A stretch of 52,653 nt of DNA from an uncultured Candidatus Bathyarchaeia archaeon (GCA_964348215.1 CAYGBS010000001.1:1-52653), one strand, 5' to 3'. Shown: positions 28,905 through 37,324, counted from the stretch's first letter. Notes: a model not told the origin generated them from the letters alone. A program made the numbers and translations.

Positions 28905-31900
28905 CTAACCGGGACCTCGCAGCCAACCACGTATTCCCAGTTCTTTTACAGTTACCGTTACCTGTTCAAGCTGGCAAGACTTGTGTTCCCCAACTTCATC
29001 CATATACTGAATTTTCGGTGTGAAAGTAAATCTTCCTTTCCTTTTAGGCTTTAGTGTGAGCCTCATCTCCTCTGTTGCAAGTGCAGCCAATTTTCTCCCC
29101 TTTAAGTTAAGTATTCCGTCATTAACTACACATCTCTTAGGCCTTTCTATGAGGTTAAATCCTTCCGGAACTATTTCTTCCATTTTAATCAGAAATGCAG
29201 CGTTCTTTCCAAGATTGGCAAGTTGAATCTCCAAGCCAAAGGTTTCACCCACTGCAACCTCTAGCTTGTGCGCAATTAGATTTGCTTGAATAAATGCACG
29301 TTCAAACTTCAGCAAACCAACAGGCTCTTCCACAGTCAGGCCCGGTGCAGACATTATGCTGGTACTTGATGCTTCAGAAGGCACTCCGACAAGTTCCCTC
29401 AAGGACAATGCGAATTCGCTTTTTTCTTTCACTTCTCTCAAAATCTTGAGAACCTCGCTCTTTTTGCCGGTGTGCCCTGCTGTTTCGTAGAGTCCGGCTG
29501 ACCGTTCAAGACATTTCTCGGCGAGAAGGTAGATCTTCATCTTCTTTTCAGGGTCAATCTCTATTTCAGCACTACTCTTGTAGTTATAAGCATCAAACAG
29601 AATTCCTGTGGCGCTTGTCCATATTGAAGCATTCTCAAAGCCAGCTTTCAAGTAGTAGTTAGCCGCGCTCTCAAGGAATTTCTTTGCTTTAGAGAAATCA
29701 TCTTTCTCTCTTTTCTCTTCAAACATGGTTCCATGTTCCAATGCCTTGCAGAAAGCACTGTTGCCCGAAGCTAGCAAGACTGTTTTGTTTTTCGTGCTGT
29801 GTTCCTTTGCTTTAAGAAACAACTCTGACGACTCGCGGTAGAGTTCAGGTGACGCTCTTCCGTCAGCCATCTTCATCTTTTGCCATGCACGATACATAAA
29901 AGCAAATGCCCTTATTTCTTTTCGATCAATTCCTGTCCCCATTGCTTTTAGAATTTTATCGAAAATTGTAGCAGCTGAATCATATTTTTCAGCGCTTTCA
30001 ACATGATCTCCTTTGCGGTCATATATTTTCGCTTCTTCTACGTTTGACCTCGCAAGGCAATAATCCTTTCTCAGTATAGAGGCTTTACTAAGTTCAATCG
30101 CCTTCTCCTTTTCGTCCAGATTTTGGATCTTCTCGATCTGCCTGTCGAAAGCTTCTTTAGCTTCCTTGAAAAGTTCAGCTGCTTTTTTGAAGGCTCCTAT
30201 TGACTCGACGTTACTTTCTTTCCTACTCCAATCTTCTGCCTGTTCAAGAAGTGACCATGCAGAGAAGTTAGAAGATAAATAGTTCCACAAATGTGAGGAT
30301 CTAAGAAGGTTTGCGGTTTTCTCGTAACGTTCCATCGCGGAGAGATATTTTTCGTGCAAGTGGGCATCTTTTGCTCTCTCAATTTCACTCCAAGCTTTCA
30401 TGTAAGTTGCATAATCGAGATAGAAATCTGCGAAATGAGCGATTTTTTGAGCCGCATTCTTGTATTCTGCGAATGCGTTTTCGAACTCTTCTGCAGCCTT
30501 GCGCTGTTTTCCTAAGAGGTCTAAACCCTTTGCCATTTTCCAGTAGGATTCGGCGACACGGCTTGACAGGTCGACTTTCTTAAATCTCTGAGTTGCATCT
30601 TCATAGATTTCAATTGCTCTAGTCAGGGTCGCCTTGTCTTCAGTAAGTAAGTAAAGCTCATTAAGTATTCCTCCAAACCAGTCTTCAAATCGTGCGAAGG
30701 CAGCGATGAGCGTTGGCACAGGGCGAGACAATATCCATCTTCTACACCTTGACAGGCAATCCTCCATGTCCGAGGCAGCACTTTTTAGAAGAGCTATCTT
30801 TTTGTCTCTGTCTGTTTCAACTCTAGCTAACTCTGCCTTTATTAAGCCTTCATAGTTTTTGCCGACACCGCGAGTCCAATCATTTGATGGAAATACAGTT
30901 TCCACAATCTTGTTGTATCCTTCCCTGTGAATGAGAGCTTCTTCGAGCAGCTCCACTTTTTCAGCCTTTCCAATTTCAAGGTCGAATCGCGCCCGAGCAT
31001 CTAGAGCTTTGCTTAGTGCATGAAGATTCGTGCCAGTGGCGTCGGGGGAACCTGAACGAGATGCGTGCTCTAACCCTTTACGCCCGATTTCCACTGCCTT
31101 TCTTAGGAGAATGCGTTTTTCTTCTGATGTGACTTCTACATTGCGTGCCATAGAGGAGTAGCTTTCCGCGTAGTAGGAGTAGACTTGTGCAATGAACAAG
31201 TCATTGGAGACCAACTGAAGGTATTGGTTGGCATCTTGAGCGTATTTGATGATCTTTCTATGCCCCTCTTTCTTTACGTCGGGATCCTCCTCTCTGAGCA
31301 TCATCCAATTGGTGACAAACGCAAGGACATAGGACGCGATACCTTTCAGGTAGTTATCTTTCAAGGTCTTTCCCTGTTTCAGCATCTCTCTTGCATAGTT
31401 AAGCGAGGATTCAACTTCTTCCGTAAAAAAGAGCGTAGAGAAAGCTGCTGCCCAGTTTGACATGGCTTTGCAGTAGGGATTGCTAACCTCCCTGGAAAGC
31501 TCCAACGCCTTCTTTGAGTAACTCACACTTCTTTGGGAAAGCTCTTTTCTTCTCTCCTTTTGCTCACTGATGTTTGCCGCATACCAGCTTTGAAGGCTGG
31601 CTACGGCATAGGCGCGTACGAGTTCACTTTTGTTCTTAAGCCTCGACAAAACTGCAATTGCCTCGTCAGCACATTTGATTCCCTCTTGAGCCACCATCCT
31701 TATCTCCCTCCAGTCAGATGCAACATACAATTTCTCAAAGTGACACAGCAGTAGATCGTTGCATATCTCCGCGTAACCTTGGTCATCCGCAGCATTCTTA
31801 TATGCCTCTAAGCTCTCACTTCCAGACACACAACACTCTTCAAGCATTTTTCTTCTTTCAGGAGCGGTAGAGGCTAACCAAGAAGTCAAGTAAGCGGCAA

Positions 31901-32210
31901 TAGCATTACACTGAGCAACTTTGCCTTTCTTCTTCAAATGGTCTTCTTTTCCAAAAAGCTCAGCGGCACTTTTGTAGGCCTCCACTGCAAGCTTCCTGAA
32001 TTTTCGGAAGTCTTCTTGGGTTCCAGTTTGTCTGGAAGCTAGACGGTAGCAGGAACCAACCTTTCTCCAAGTCTCTGCTGTGCGGGAAACACTTTTCGGT
32101 TCAAGATTTAGTGCTTTTTCATAGGACTTTGCCGCATCAAGCCATTCAAATTTTCCTTCTTGTTCTATGGCCTTTCTTAGAATGGTCTCCATGTCGCCTT
32201 CTGAAGCCAT
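28905..32210 (-). CDS. Large soluble TPR-like helical-repeat protein with a C-terminal beta-sandwich (CARDB-like) domain
   Basis: 1101 aa with no P-loop and no TM segment. About 950 aa of repeated A/Y/K/E-rich helical hairpins. The last ~120 aa (EVAVGETFGLEIQLANLGKNAAFLIKMEEIVPEGF...FTFTPKIQY...VTVTVKE) have a beta-strand pattern. Confidence 0.6.
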   Translation of the reverse strand: MASEGDMETILRKAIEQEGKFEWLDAAKSYEKALNLEPKSVSRTAETWRKVGSCYRLASRQTGTQEDFRKFRKLAVEAYKSAAELFGKEDHLKKKGKVAQCNAIAAYLTSWLASTAPERRKMLEECCVSGSESLEAYKNAADDQGYAEICNDLLLCHFEKLYVASDWREIRMVAQEGIKCADEAIAVLSRLKNKSELVRAYAVASLQSWYAANISEQKERRKELSQRSVSYSKKALELSREVSNPYCKAMSNWAAAFSTLFFTEEVESSLNYAREMLKQGKTLKDNYLKGIASYVLAFVTNWMMLREEDPDVKKEGHRKIIKYAQDANQYLQLVSNDLFIAQVYSYYAESYSSMARNVEVTSEEKRILLRKAVEIGRKGLEHASRSGSPDATGTNLHALSKALDARARFDLEIGKAEKVELLEEALIHREGYNKIVETVFPSNDWTRGVGKNYEGLIKAELARVETDRDKKIALLKSAASDMEDCLSRCRRWILSRPVPTLIAAFARFEDWFGGILNELYLLTEDKATLTRAIEIYEDATQRFKKVDLSSRVAESYWKMAKGLDLLGKQRKAAEEFENAFAEYKNAAQKIAHFADFYLDYATYMKAWSEIERAKDAHLHEKYLSAMERYEKTANLLRSSHLWNYLSSNFSAWSLLEQAEDWSRKESNVESIGAFKKAAELFKEAKEAFDRQIEKIQNLDEKEKAIELSKASILRKDYCLARSNVEEAKIYDRKGDHVESAEKYDSAATIFDKILKAMGTGIDRKEIRAFAFMYRAWQKMKMADGRASPELYRESSELFLKAKEHSTKNKTVLLASGNSAFCKALEHGTMFEEKREKDDFSKAKKFLESAANYYLKAGFENASIWTSATGILFDAYNYKSSAEIEIDPEKKMKIYLLAEKCLERSAGLYETAGHTGKKSEVLKILREVKEKSEFALSLRELVGVPSEASSTSIMSAPGLTVEEPVGLLKFERAFIQANLIAHKLEVAVGETFGLEIQLANLGKNAAFLIKMEEIVPEGFNLIERPKRCVVNDGILNLKGRKLAALATEEMRLTLKPKRKGRFTFTPKIQYMDEVGEHKSCQLEQVTVTVKELGIRGWLRGPG

Positions 32211-32314
32211 TTTTGTTCACTGTAAGTATCATTTTCGGGTATGAAAGGCTTTTAGTGTGCATAGACTTCGCGGCTTCAATGTCATCCGGTCCTCAGGTTG
32301 TTTCTAGCATCCCG

Positions 32315-33121
32315 TTATAAGCTTCGGTGCTTGAGTCGGATAGAGGCCTTCTTGATTTCATCTTTCTCCAGTTTTGCCGCCCGTCTCAATCTTTCAAGAT
32401 ATTCTTTTCCCTTCTCTGTAAGTCGAAACCCAACTCCTATGTTTCTCGGTCCCCAGCTCTCTTGGATTAACCCGTTCTTCACAAAGGTCTTAATCGTTTG
32501 CTTGGAGATGTCGAAACCTGTATGAAGATCCAAATACGACAGTGGTCGATTGCATAGAGCCGTGAATAAAGCTAGCTTTTCAGATGCAGTAAGCGATTTT
32601 GTTCGACCTAGCTTCGCTGGGCGATTAATGGCAAGAAAATGCCGTCTTTTGCTTGTCCTCACTAATCTCTCTTTGCCCATTCCCAGTCTTGGAAATGAAT
32701 GTTGCTCAAGCTCGGGATTTTTCGAATCAGAAATGTCTGCTGTTGTAGACAGGCTGGACTTGTTCGCACTTTTGGAGCTAAACTTGAAGAGGGCTGTTTT
32801 TTGCCTTAGTTCTTCTTTAGCTCTTGCATCTTTCGTTGCAGCGAAGCTTGCCAACCCTCTGGATAATAAGTTACTGCTTCGTGAGATATAGATATGATTT
32901 TTGTGTTGGCCTTTCTTTTGCGATCTTGAATCAGCACCTCTGGAATGTTTACAAATGAGAATTTCGTCTTGTTCGATTTCCTTTTGAATGTAATAACGAG
33001 CCACAGGTTCTGGGACTCCGAAATGCAGGGCAACCTCTTTCAGGCTACGTGGTTCAGACAAGAAATCTAGGAGGTCAGAAGGCTTGAGACCGCGCATTCG
33101 ACTCGAATGATTAAACTCCAT
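32315..33121 (-). CDS. Putative regulator with two winged-helix domains separated by a Ser/Lys-rich linker
   Basis: Start placed at MEFNHSS. N-terminal LLDFLSEPRSLKEVALHFGVPEPVARYYIQKE. C-terminal LALFTALCNRPLSYLDLHTGFDISKQTIKTFVKNGLIQE...RLTEKGKEYL. The track ORF's extension to 33241 looks non-coding. Confidence 0.55.
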   Translation of the reverse strand: MEFNHSSRMRGLKPSDLLDFLSEPRSLKEVALHFGVPEPVARYYIQKEIEQDEILICKHSRGADSRSQKKGQHKNHIYISRSSNLLSRGLASFAATKDARAKEELRQKTALFKFSSKSANKSSLSTTADISDSKNPELEQHSFPRLGMGKERLVRTSKRRHFLAINRPAKLGRTKSLTASEKLALFTALCNRPLSYLDLHTGFDISKQTIKTFVKNGLIQESWGPRNIGVGFRLTEKGKEYLERLRRAAKLEKDEIKKASIRLKHRSL

Positions 33122-33231
33122 CTCTGATATATAAGCATATATAACATATGTATAATGTATCCAAGTTGCACAGGAAGGGAGAATCATTGCCCCAAAAATC
33201 TGTTGAAGCCATCTTAAGAGGAGAATCGAGA

Positions 33232-33378
33232 ATGACATCAAGAGGGCAGATAACAGTACCGATAGAAATCAGGAGAAAGTTCAGGTTACGACCCGGCGAT
33301 GTCATCTGTTTTCTTGAAGTTGATGGTTCCATAGTTCTCAAACTAGGTCCCCTCGTCTTGACGGAGCAGCAGAGGTAG
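33232..33378 (+). CDS. AbrB/SpoVT-type (MazE-like) DNA-binding mini-protein
   Basis: MTSRGQITVPIEIRRKFRLRPGDVICFLEVDGSIVLKLGP is a classic SpoVT-AbrB swapped-hairpin motif. GAGGAG lies 9 nt upstream of ATG 33232, and the next gene starts 4 nt after its stop. Confidence 0.7.
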   Translation: MTSRGQITVPIEIRRKFRLRPGDVICFLEVDGSIVLKLGPLVLTEQQR

Positions 33379-33382
33379 ATAT

Positions 33383-36184
33383 ATGTCTTCAAAAACCGAC
33401 CTTATGTATGAGATCACGTATAACTCACAGTTTGTTCCACGACGCTCTCCAAGGGTCAATATTAAAGAGTTAATCGTTGACGGTAAAGAAACATACATCA
33501 TGAAGAATCACCTTACTGGAATGTACTATGATGTTGATCAGGTTTCTTATGCGATTTGGAATCTAATTGATGGGCAACGAACTTTAGCTGAGATCAGCAA
33601 AGAGGTTTTGGAAAAATGGCCCGACATTGAACCGGACACCGCTGAGCAAGTTATTTTGTTCCTCGCTGAAATCGGCTGTCTTGAATCAGTTGTTGAAGAC
33701 ACTCGAAAGAAGAGAATAAAGGTGCCTTCAGCTTTTGAGATCGATGTGGTCCTAATCGAAAAAAGTAAGGCTTTTCTGGAAAGTATCCATAATGTGTTTC
33801 GCCCTCTGCTCAAAACACCGCTTTTCTGGGGAATCGTCGTCTTCATAATTCTCTGCAGCATTGCATTTGCAGGGCGATTCACAGCTATCTTTGCAGATGG
33901 CAGCAATTTTAGGATACTCGGATCTACTGTTGTAGGTTTTTTCTTCTATTCCTTCATTGTCTTAGGGCCAACAATTGCAATTCACGAAATCGCTCATGGA
34001 TTGGCTTTGGTTCATTACGGAGGGACTCCCGGCGAAATTGGCACTGGCTTGTTCTACTTTGGTCCCATGTTCTATATAGACGCAACCGATTCATGGATTC
34101 TTGGTAGAAGAGAGCGGATCATGGTCATGATGGCCGGCAATCTTTCAACTCTCATCATTGCCTCGTCGATAGTAGCCATCGGATACATCTTCCCTTACCC
34201 TGCCTCGGTCTCTCATCTCCTTTACATGACTGCTTTCTTCTGCTTTTACGCAACTCTAATGAATATGGCGCCTCCTTTTGAAACAGATGGATACTACGTC
34301 CTAGCTGATCTGGTGAACATTTCGAATTTGAGACAAGAATCATATGGCTACGTCAAATCGATATTCAAGAAAGCCCTCAGAATGCATACAGATGAAAACG
34401 CCTTCACTTCAAAGAAAAAGAAAATTCTTATTGGATTTGCATTTTTGTCTGTGGCTTGGATAATTTACACAGCCTTTCAAACGACCCTTTTTACGTTCTA
34501 CATGGCAGGAGACGCACAAGACGCATTCATCACAGTTTACTCAGCCCTTGCATCTTCTGAAGTTTTGAACCTTGCTCCCGTGGTTGTCAGCATAGCTTCA
34601 GTTCTCTATTTTGGAATGACTCTAACTGGGTATGGTGTAATCCTTATATCAGCAATTAAGAAGGCGTTCAAGGCACCTCTGAAGTTTGAAGCCGTTCACG
34701 ATCGAGACCTCTCGATGTTTTTTTATCTCCCTTCCAAAGCAACTGAAACAACAAGACACTTCGAAGATCAAGTGAAGAAAGTTAGCAAGCAATTCACGCA
34801 GAATTATGAGGTCACTCAAGCTGGGTCGGTACTTGCTGCAACGCTTAGAATGGGTGGCACCAAGCTAGCGTTGAACCAGATTAGTACACACCTTCGAAAA
34901 GTTGAACAATCATTCAGTTCAACATACCAAAGCTTCCTTCAGAAAAATGAGGGAACAATCTTCGAGTCCGCAGAAGACTCCAGCTCCAAAGTGGAGCTTG
35001 CATCACTTCTCAGAAAGATGGGAAATGAAGCTGCAGAGGCCAGAATGCCGGAAGCGAAGAATGCCGTAGAGCAAATAATTGATAGGCAAAGAAAGACTTC
35101 CATGCACCTGATAAACTCAGCTTACGGCTCTGTATGGACAATAGAGCTTCCCCCCTTCCTACTTGAGGAGGTTAAGGATACACTATACCCATCCTTTTTC
35201 GTTCAAGATTTCGCAATAACTGATTTATATGGCGAAACCGAGGAGTTTAAGAAAAGTACAATTTACGGATTTGATTCCCTTTCACAACTGTCATCTCGAA
35301 ATCGAACACATCTCCAGAAAGTGCTTAGGAAACCGGAACAATACCAAGTAGTCTCATTTTTTGAACCTATAAAGAGCCGACTTCTCTTTGTCGGCAGAAC
35401 TGAAAGAATTGAAAAAGACATTCACAAATTTGGCACTCTTTTCATTGGTCAGGCTTGGTGTGGATACCTTGACAAGCTTCTTAACGAGGCCAATCTTACT
35501 CTTTCAGCACTAAGGCAACTACCTCTTTTGAATATGGATGATGTTGAAGTTATGAGTGACGGAGAGATCTTTGTTTTGAACCAAAATCTGTCGGCAATCT
35601 CTACTTTCGAAAAAGCAGTCATAAAGGCCTTAGACGAGTCTGAAGATTTCGCAAAAGATGTAGAAGATAACGTCAAGATGTTCAAGACATACTTTGAAGA
35701 AGATAAATCTCTCAAGATAGGCTTGCTGGACGAGATAGTTGCAATAAACAGAGAGAACCTTGCTAGGCTGCCAAGGAGGCTAAAAAAGTTTAGAAAAGAG
35801 TTTCAAAGAATCGCATCTTCGATCGGGGCGATAATTGTGAGAGTGCAAGAAGAGTCTCGGAAAAGAGAACAAGCTGTTAAAAAGAAGAGCCGGAGAAACC
35901 TATATGCCTATCCAATAGTTGCTATTTTGTCAGCTGTGTTAGTTTTAGCAGGTTTCTACGACAGAACCATGTTGTTGATGATATCCTTCACGATAGTTGC
36001 TGCTTTACTGCAAGTCAGCTACTGGGCCGTATTCTATTCAAGATGGAAACGTTTTCACAGAGCTGGGCAATATCCCTCACAGCCTTTTACCAAAGTGCAA
36101 CTATTCACTCTAGCTTTCACTCAGGCTATATATAGATTCATAGCTACTTACGATGTAATCATTCCTACAAAAGAAAGGTTTTGA
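33383..36184 (+). CDS. PqqD/RRE-like domain fused to an M50-like (site-2-protease-type) intramembrane zinc metalloprotease, with a long helical C-terminal domain and two terminal TM helices
   Basis: Residues ~40-100, YDVDQVSYAIWNLIDGQRTLAEISKEVLEKWPDIEPDTAEQVILFLAEIGCLE, look PqqD-like. The TM-embedded HExxH is IAIHEIAHGLALVHYGG. The second M50 motif is NMAPPFETDGYYVLADL. About 6-7 TM segments are followed by ~420 aa of helical sequence. Confidence 0.7.
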   Translation: MSSKTDLMYEITYNSQFVPRRSPRVNIKELIVDGKETYIMKNHLTGMYYDVDQVSYAIWNLIDGQRTLAEISKEVLEKWPDIEPDTAEQVILFLAEIGCLESVVEDTRKKRIKVPSAFEIDVVLIEKSKAFLESIHNVFRPLLKTPLFWGIVVFIILCSIAFAGRFTAIFADGSNFRILGSTVVGFFFYSFIVLGPTIAIHEIAHGLALVHYGGTPGEIGTGLFYFGPMFYIDATDSWILGRRERIMVMMAGNLSTLIIASSIVAIGYIFPYPASVSHLLYMTAFFCFYATLMNMAPPFETDGYYVLADLVNISNLRQESYGYVKSIFKKALRMHTDENAFTSKKKKILIGFAFLSVAWIIYTAFQTTLFTFYMAGDAQDAFITVYSALASSEVLNLAPVVVSIASVLYFGMTLTGYGVILISAIKKAFKAPLKFEAVHDRDLSMFFYLPSKATETTRHFEDQVKKVSKQFTQNYEVTQAGSVLAATLRMGGTKLALNQISTHLRKVEQSFSSTYQSFLQKNEGTIFESAEDSSSKVELASLLRKMGNEAAEARMPEAKNAVEQIIDRQRKTSMHLINSAYGSVWTIELPPFLLEEVKDTLYPSFFVQDFAITDLYGETEEFKKSTIYGFDSLSQLSSRNRTHLQKVLRKPEQYQVVSFFEPIKSRLLFVGRTERIEKDIHKFGTLFIGQAWCGYLDKLLNEANLTLSALRQLPLLNMDDVEVMSDGEIFVLNQNLSAISTFEKAVIKALDESEDFAKDVEDNVKMFKTYFEEDKSLKIGLLDEIVAINRENLARLPRRLKKFRKEFQRIASSIGAIIVRVQEESRKREQAVKKKSRRNLYAYPIVAILSAVLVLAGFYDRTMLLMISFTIVAALLQVSYWAVFYSRWKRFHRAGQYPSQPFTKVQLFTLAFTQAIYRFIATYDVIIPTKERF

Positions 36185-36260
36185 CCATCGACAAGACGCA
36201 AAAAGAAGAAAAAAAACGTGAAAATGCTGTTCTAGAAGAGATGGGCACCGGGTTGGATGT

Positions 36261-36533
36261 TTACGTCTTTGTTACTCTTTCCTTGGCTGTGACGCGTTCT
36301 TTAGCTTTCAATCGTTCTTTTGCTGCCAATCGTCCCTTAGCTGTTACTCTTTCCTTGGCCGTCACTCGACTTTTAGCCGCCACACGCTCTTTGGCTGTTA
36401 CTCTCTCCTTAGCTGTTACTCTTTCCTTAGGTGTCACACGCTCTTTCATAGCGAATTTTGGAAGAGAACGTTCTTTCAACATGATACGCTTAGGTTTCTT
36501 CTCTTCCAGCTTCTTAGCCTTCTTTTTCGGCAT
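36261..36533 (-). CDS. Highly basic 90-aa protein with ten tandem KERVTA-type hexapeptide repeats
   Basis: MPKKKAKKLEEKKPKR...(KERVTA)n...KERVTKT. A GGAGGTGA Shine-Dalgarno sits 7 nt upstream of the ATG. Arg is kept in all 10 repeats through four different codons (AGA, CGA, CGC, CGT). The same changes are L/R replacements in the overlapping plus-strand ORF. Confidence 0.7.
   Translation of the reverse strand: MPKKKAKKLEEKKPKRIMLKERSLPKFAMKERVTPKERVTAKERVTAKERVAAKSRVTAKERVTAKGRLAAKERLKAKERVTAKERVTKT
36271..36450. repeat. Ten degenerate tandem 18-bp repeats (coding repeat of the KERVTA protein)
   Basis: The units start at 36271, 36289, 36307 and so on, every 18 bp, through 36433. Consensus on the plus strand is gttactctttccttagct. 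Confidence 0.9.
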
Positions 36534-36540
36534 TACCTAC

Positions 36541-36548
36541 TCACCTCC
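36541..36548 (-). promoter_or_regulatory. Shine-Dalgarno sequence GGAGGTGA of the repeat-protein gene
   Basis: The minus strand reads GGAGAGGAGGTGAGTAGGTA-ATG. Confidence 0.6.
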
Positions 36549-36718
36549 TCTCCAATTATTCGTTTAGTGTATATCAGACAAATAGGATTTAAAACATCGT
36601 AAGGAAGGTTTGAAAAGTAAGAATAGCTACCTAGATCGTTGCTTCCATTCACAAGCTCAAGGGCTTTGGCTTTGAAGCAGATTCTTATCATTTCAGAACT
36701 AACCTTGTAAGCGAGCTT

Positions 36719-37012
36719 TCAAGCGAAGAACAGTGCAAACACTGACAAAATCGAACATAACAACCCTAGTAAGAAAGTTACGGCTGTACCTGTCCAGAGT
36801 TTTTTGCGCGTTGGGTAAATACTGTAAAAGAATATGAAAAAAGCTGAAAGAAGGAACATCATAGCACCTAACAAGAGTATAACCTTCAAACCTAAAGCGA
36901 TCTCATTTCCGCTAACCTGCACCACTGCTAAGCTTAAGGCGGCTAGTGTTCCTGGATAAGAGGCATTTACAATGGGCTTGATAAACTTCTCCTCAAACTC
37001 CTCAGCCATCAC
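36719..37012 (-). CDS. Small integral membrane protein (2-3 TM)
   Basis: 97 aa. An acidic N-terminus is followed by hydrophobic stretches (LAALSLAVVQV, VILLLGAMMFLLSAFFIFFY, AVTFLLGLLCSILSVFALFF). Confidence 0.45.
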   Translation of the reverse strand: MMAEEFEEKFIKPIVNASYPGTLAALSLAVVQVSGNEIALGLKVILLLGAMMFLLSAFFIFFYSIYPTRKKLWTGTAVTFLLGLLCSILSVFALFFA

Positions 37013-37187
37013 ACCACACCTTCCCGTGCGTCGTCAGTCTATGTTCAGTTGATTTATATTAACTAGGTTCAGTTTTAACCTTTGTTTTCTTCAATGTCAG
37101 CCGAACGTTGATCGTTGCTTCTTGGAAGCACGTTTGCATAGGAGAGAATTATTCATCGAGATTTTCCGCGTAGATGCGAACCGTCAT

Positions 37188-37324
37188 CTAGGTTTTTGGA
37201 GTGAACAACCCGATTAAATTACCGTCTAAGTCGATGAAAAGACCATACCAACCTATGTTTGGAATTCTCCCGACTTCTTTAAGTCAGTAATGGGGATTTC
37301 CAAGTGGCATATGATGTTGGACAT
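37188..37324 (-). pseudogene. Relic of a VOC/glyoxalase-family gene (N-terminal ~20 codons joined out of frame to C-terminal ~28 codons)
   Basis: My translation of one minus frame gives MSNIICHLEIPITDLKKSGEFQT*. The next frame gives ...VGRIPNIGWYGLFIDLDGNLIGLFTPKT*. These match VOC N- and C-terminal motifs, and the middle of the domain is missing. Confidence 0.45.

Noticed and set aside
32315-33241. Full 308-aa version of the wHTH ORF, with its hydrophobic N-terminal 40 residues.
   Set aside because: The first 40 codons run through the AT-rich divergent promoter region and give an implausible sequence (MMSFSILLLRWLQQIFG...). The internal Met at 33121 precedes the first wHTH.
36271-36450. Possible CRISPR array (regular short repeats).
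   Set aside because: The units are 18 bp, directly abutting with no spacers, degenerate, and in-frame coding. There are no cas genes in the window.
36181-36567. Plus-strand 128-aa ORF (LAVTRS-type repeats) starting with a TTGA overlap at the end of the 933-aa gene.
   Set aside because: It is open only because the antisense frame of the KERVTA repeats lacks stops. Repeat-to-repeat substitutions are synonymous for Arg on the minus strand but swap Leu/Arg on the plus strand. Only the minus ORF has a strong Shine-Dalgarno.
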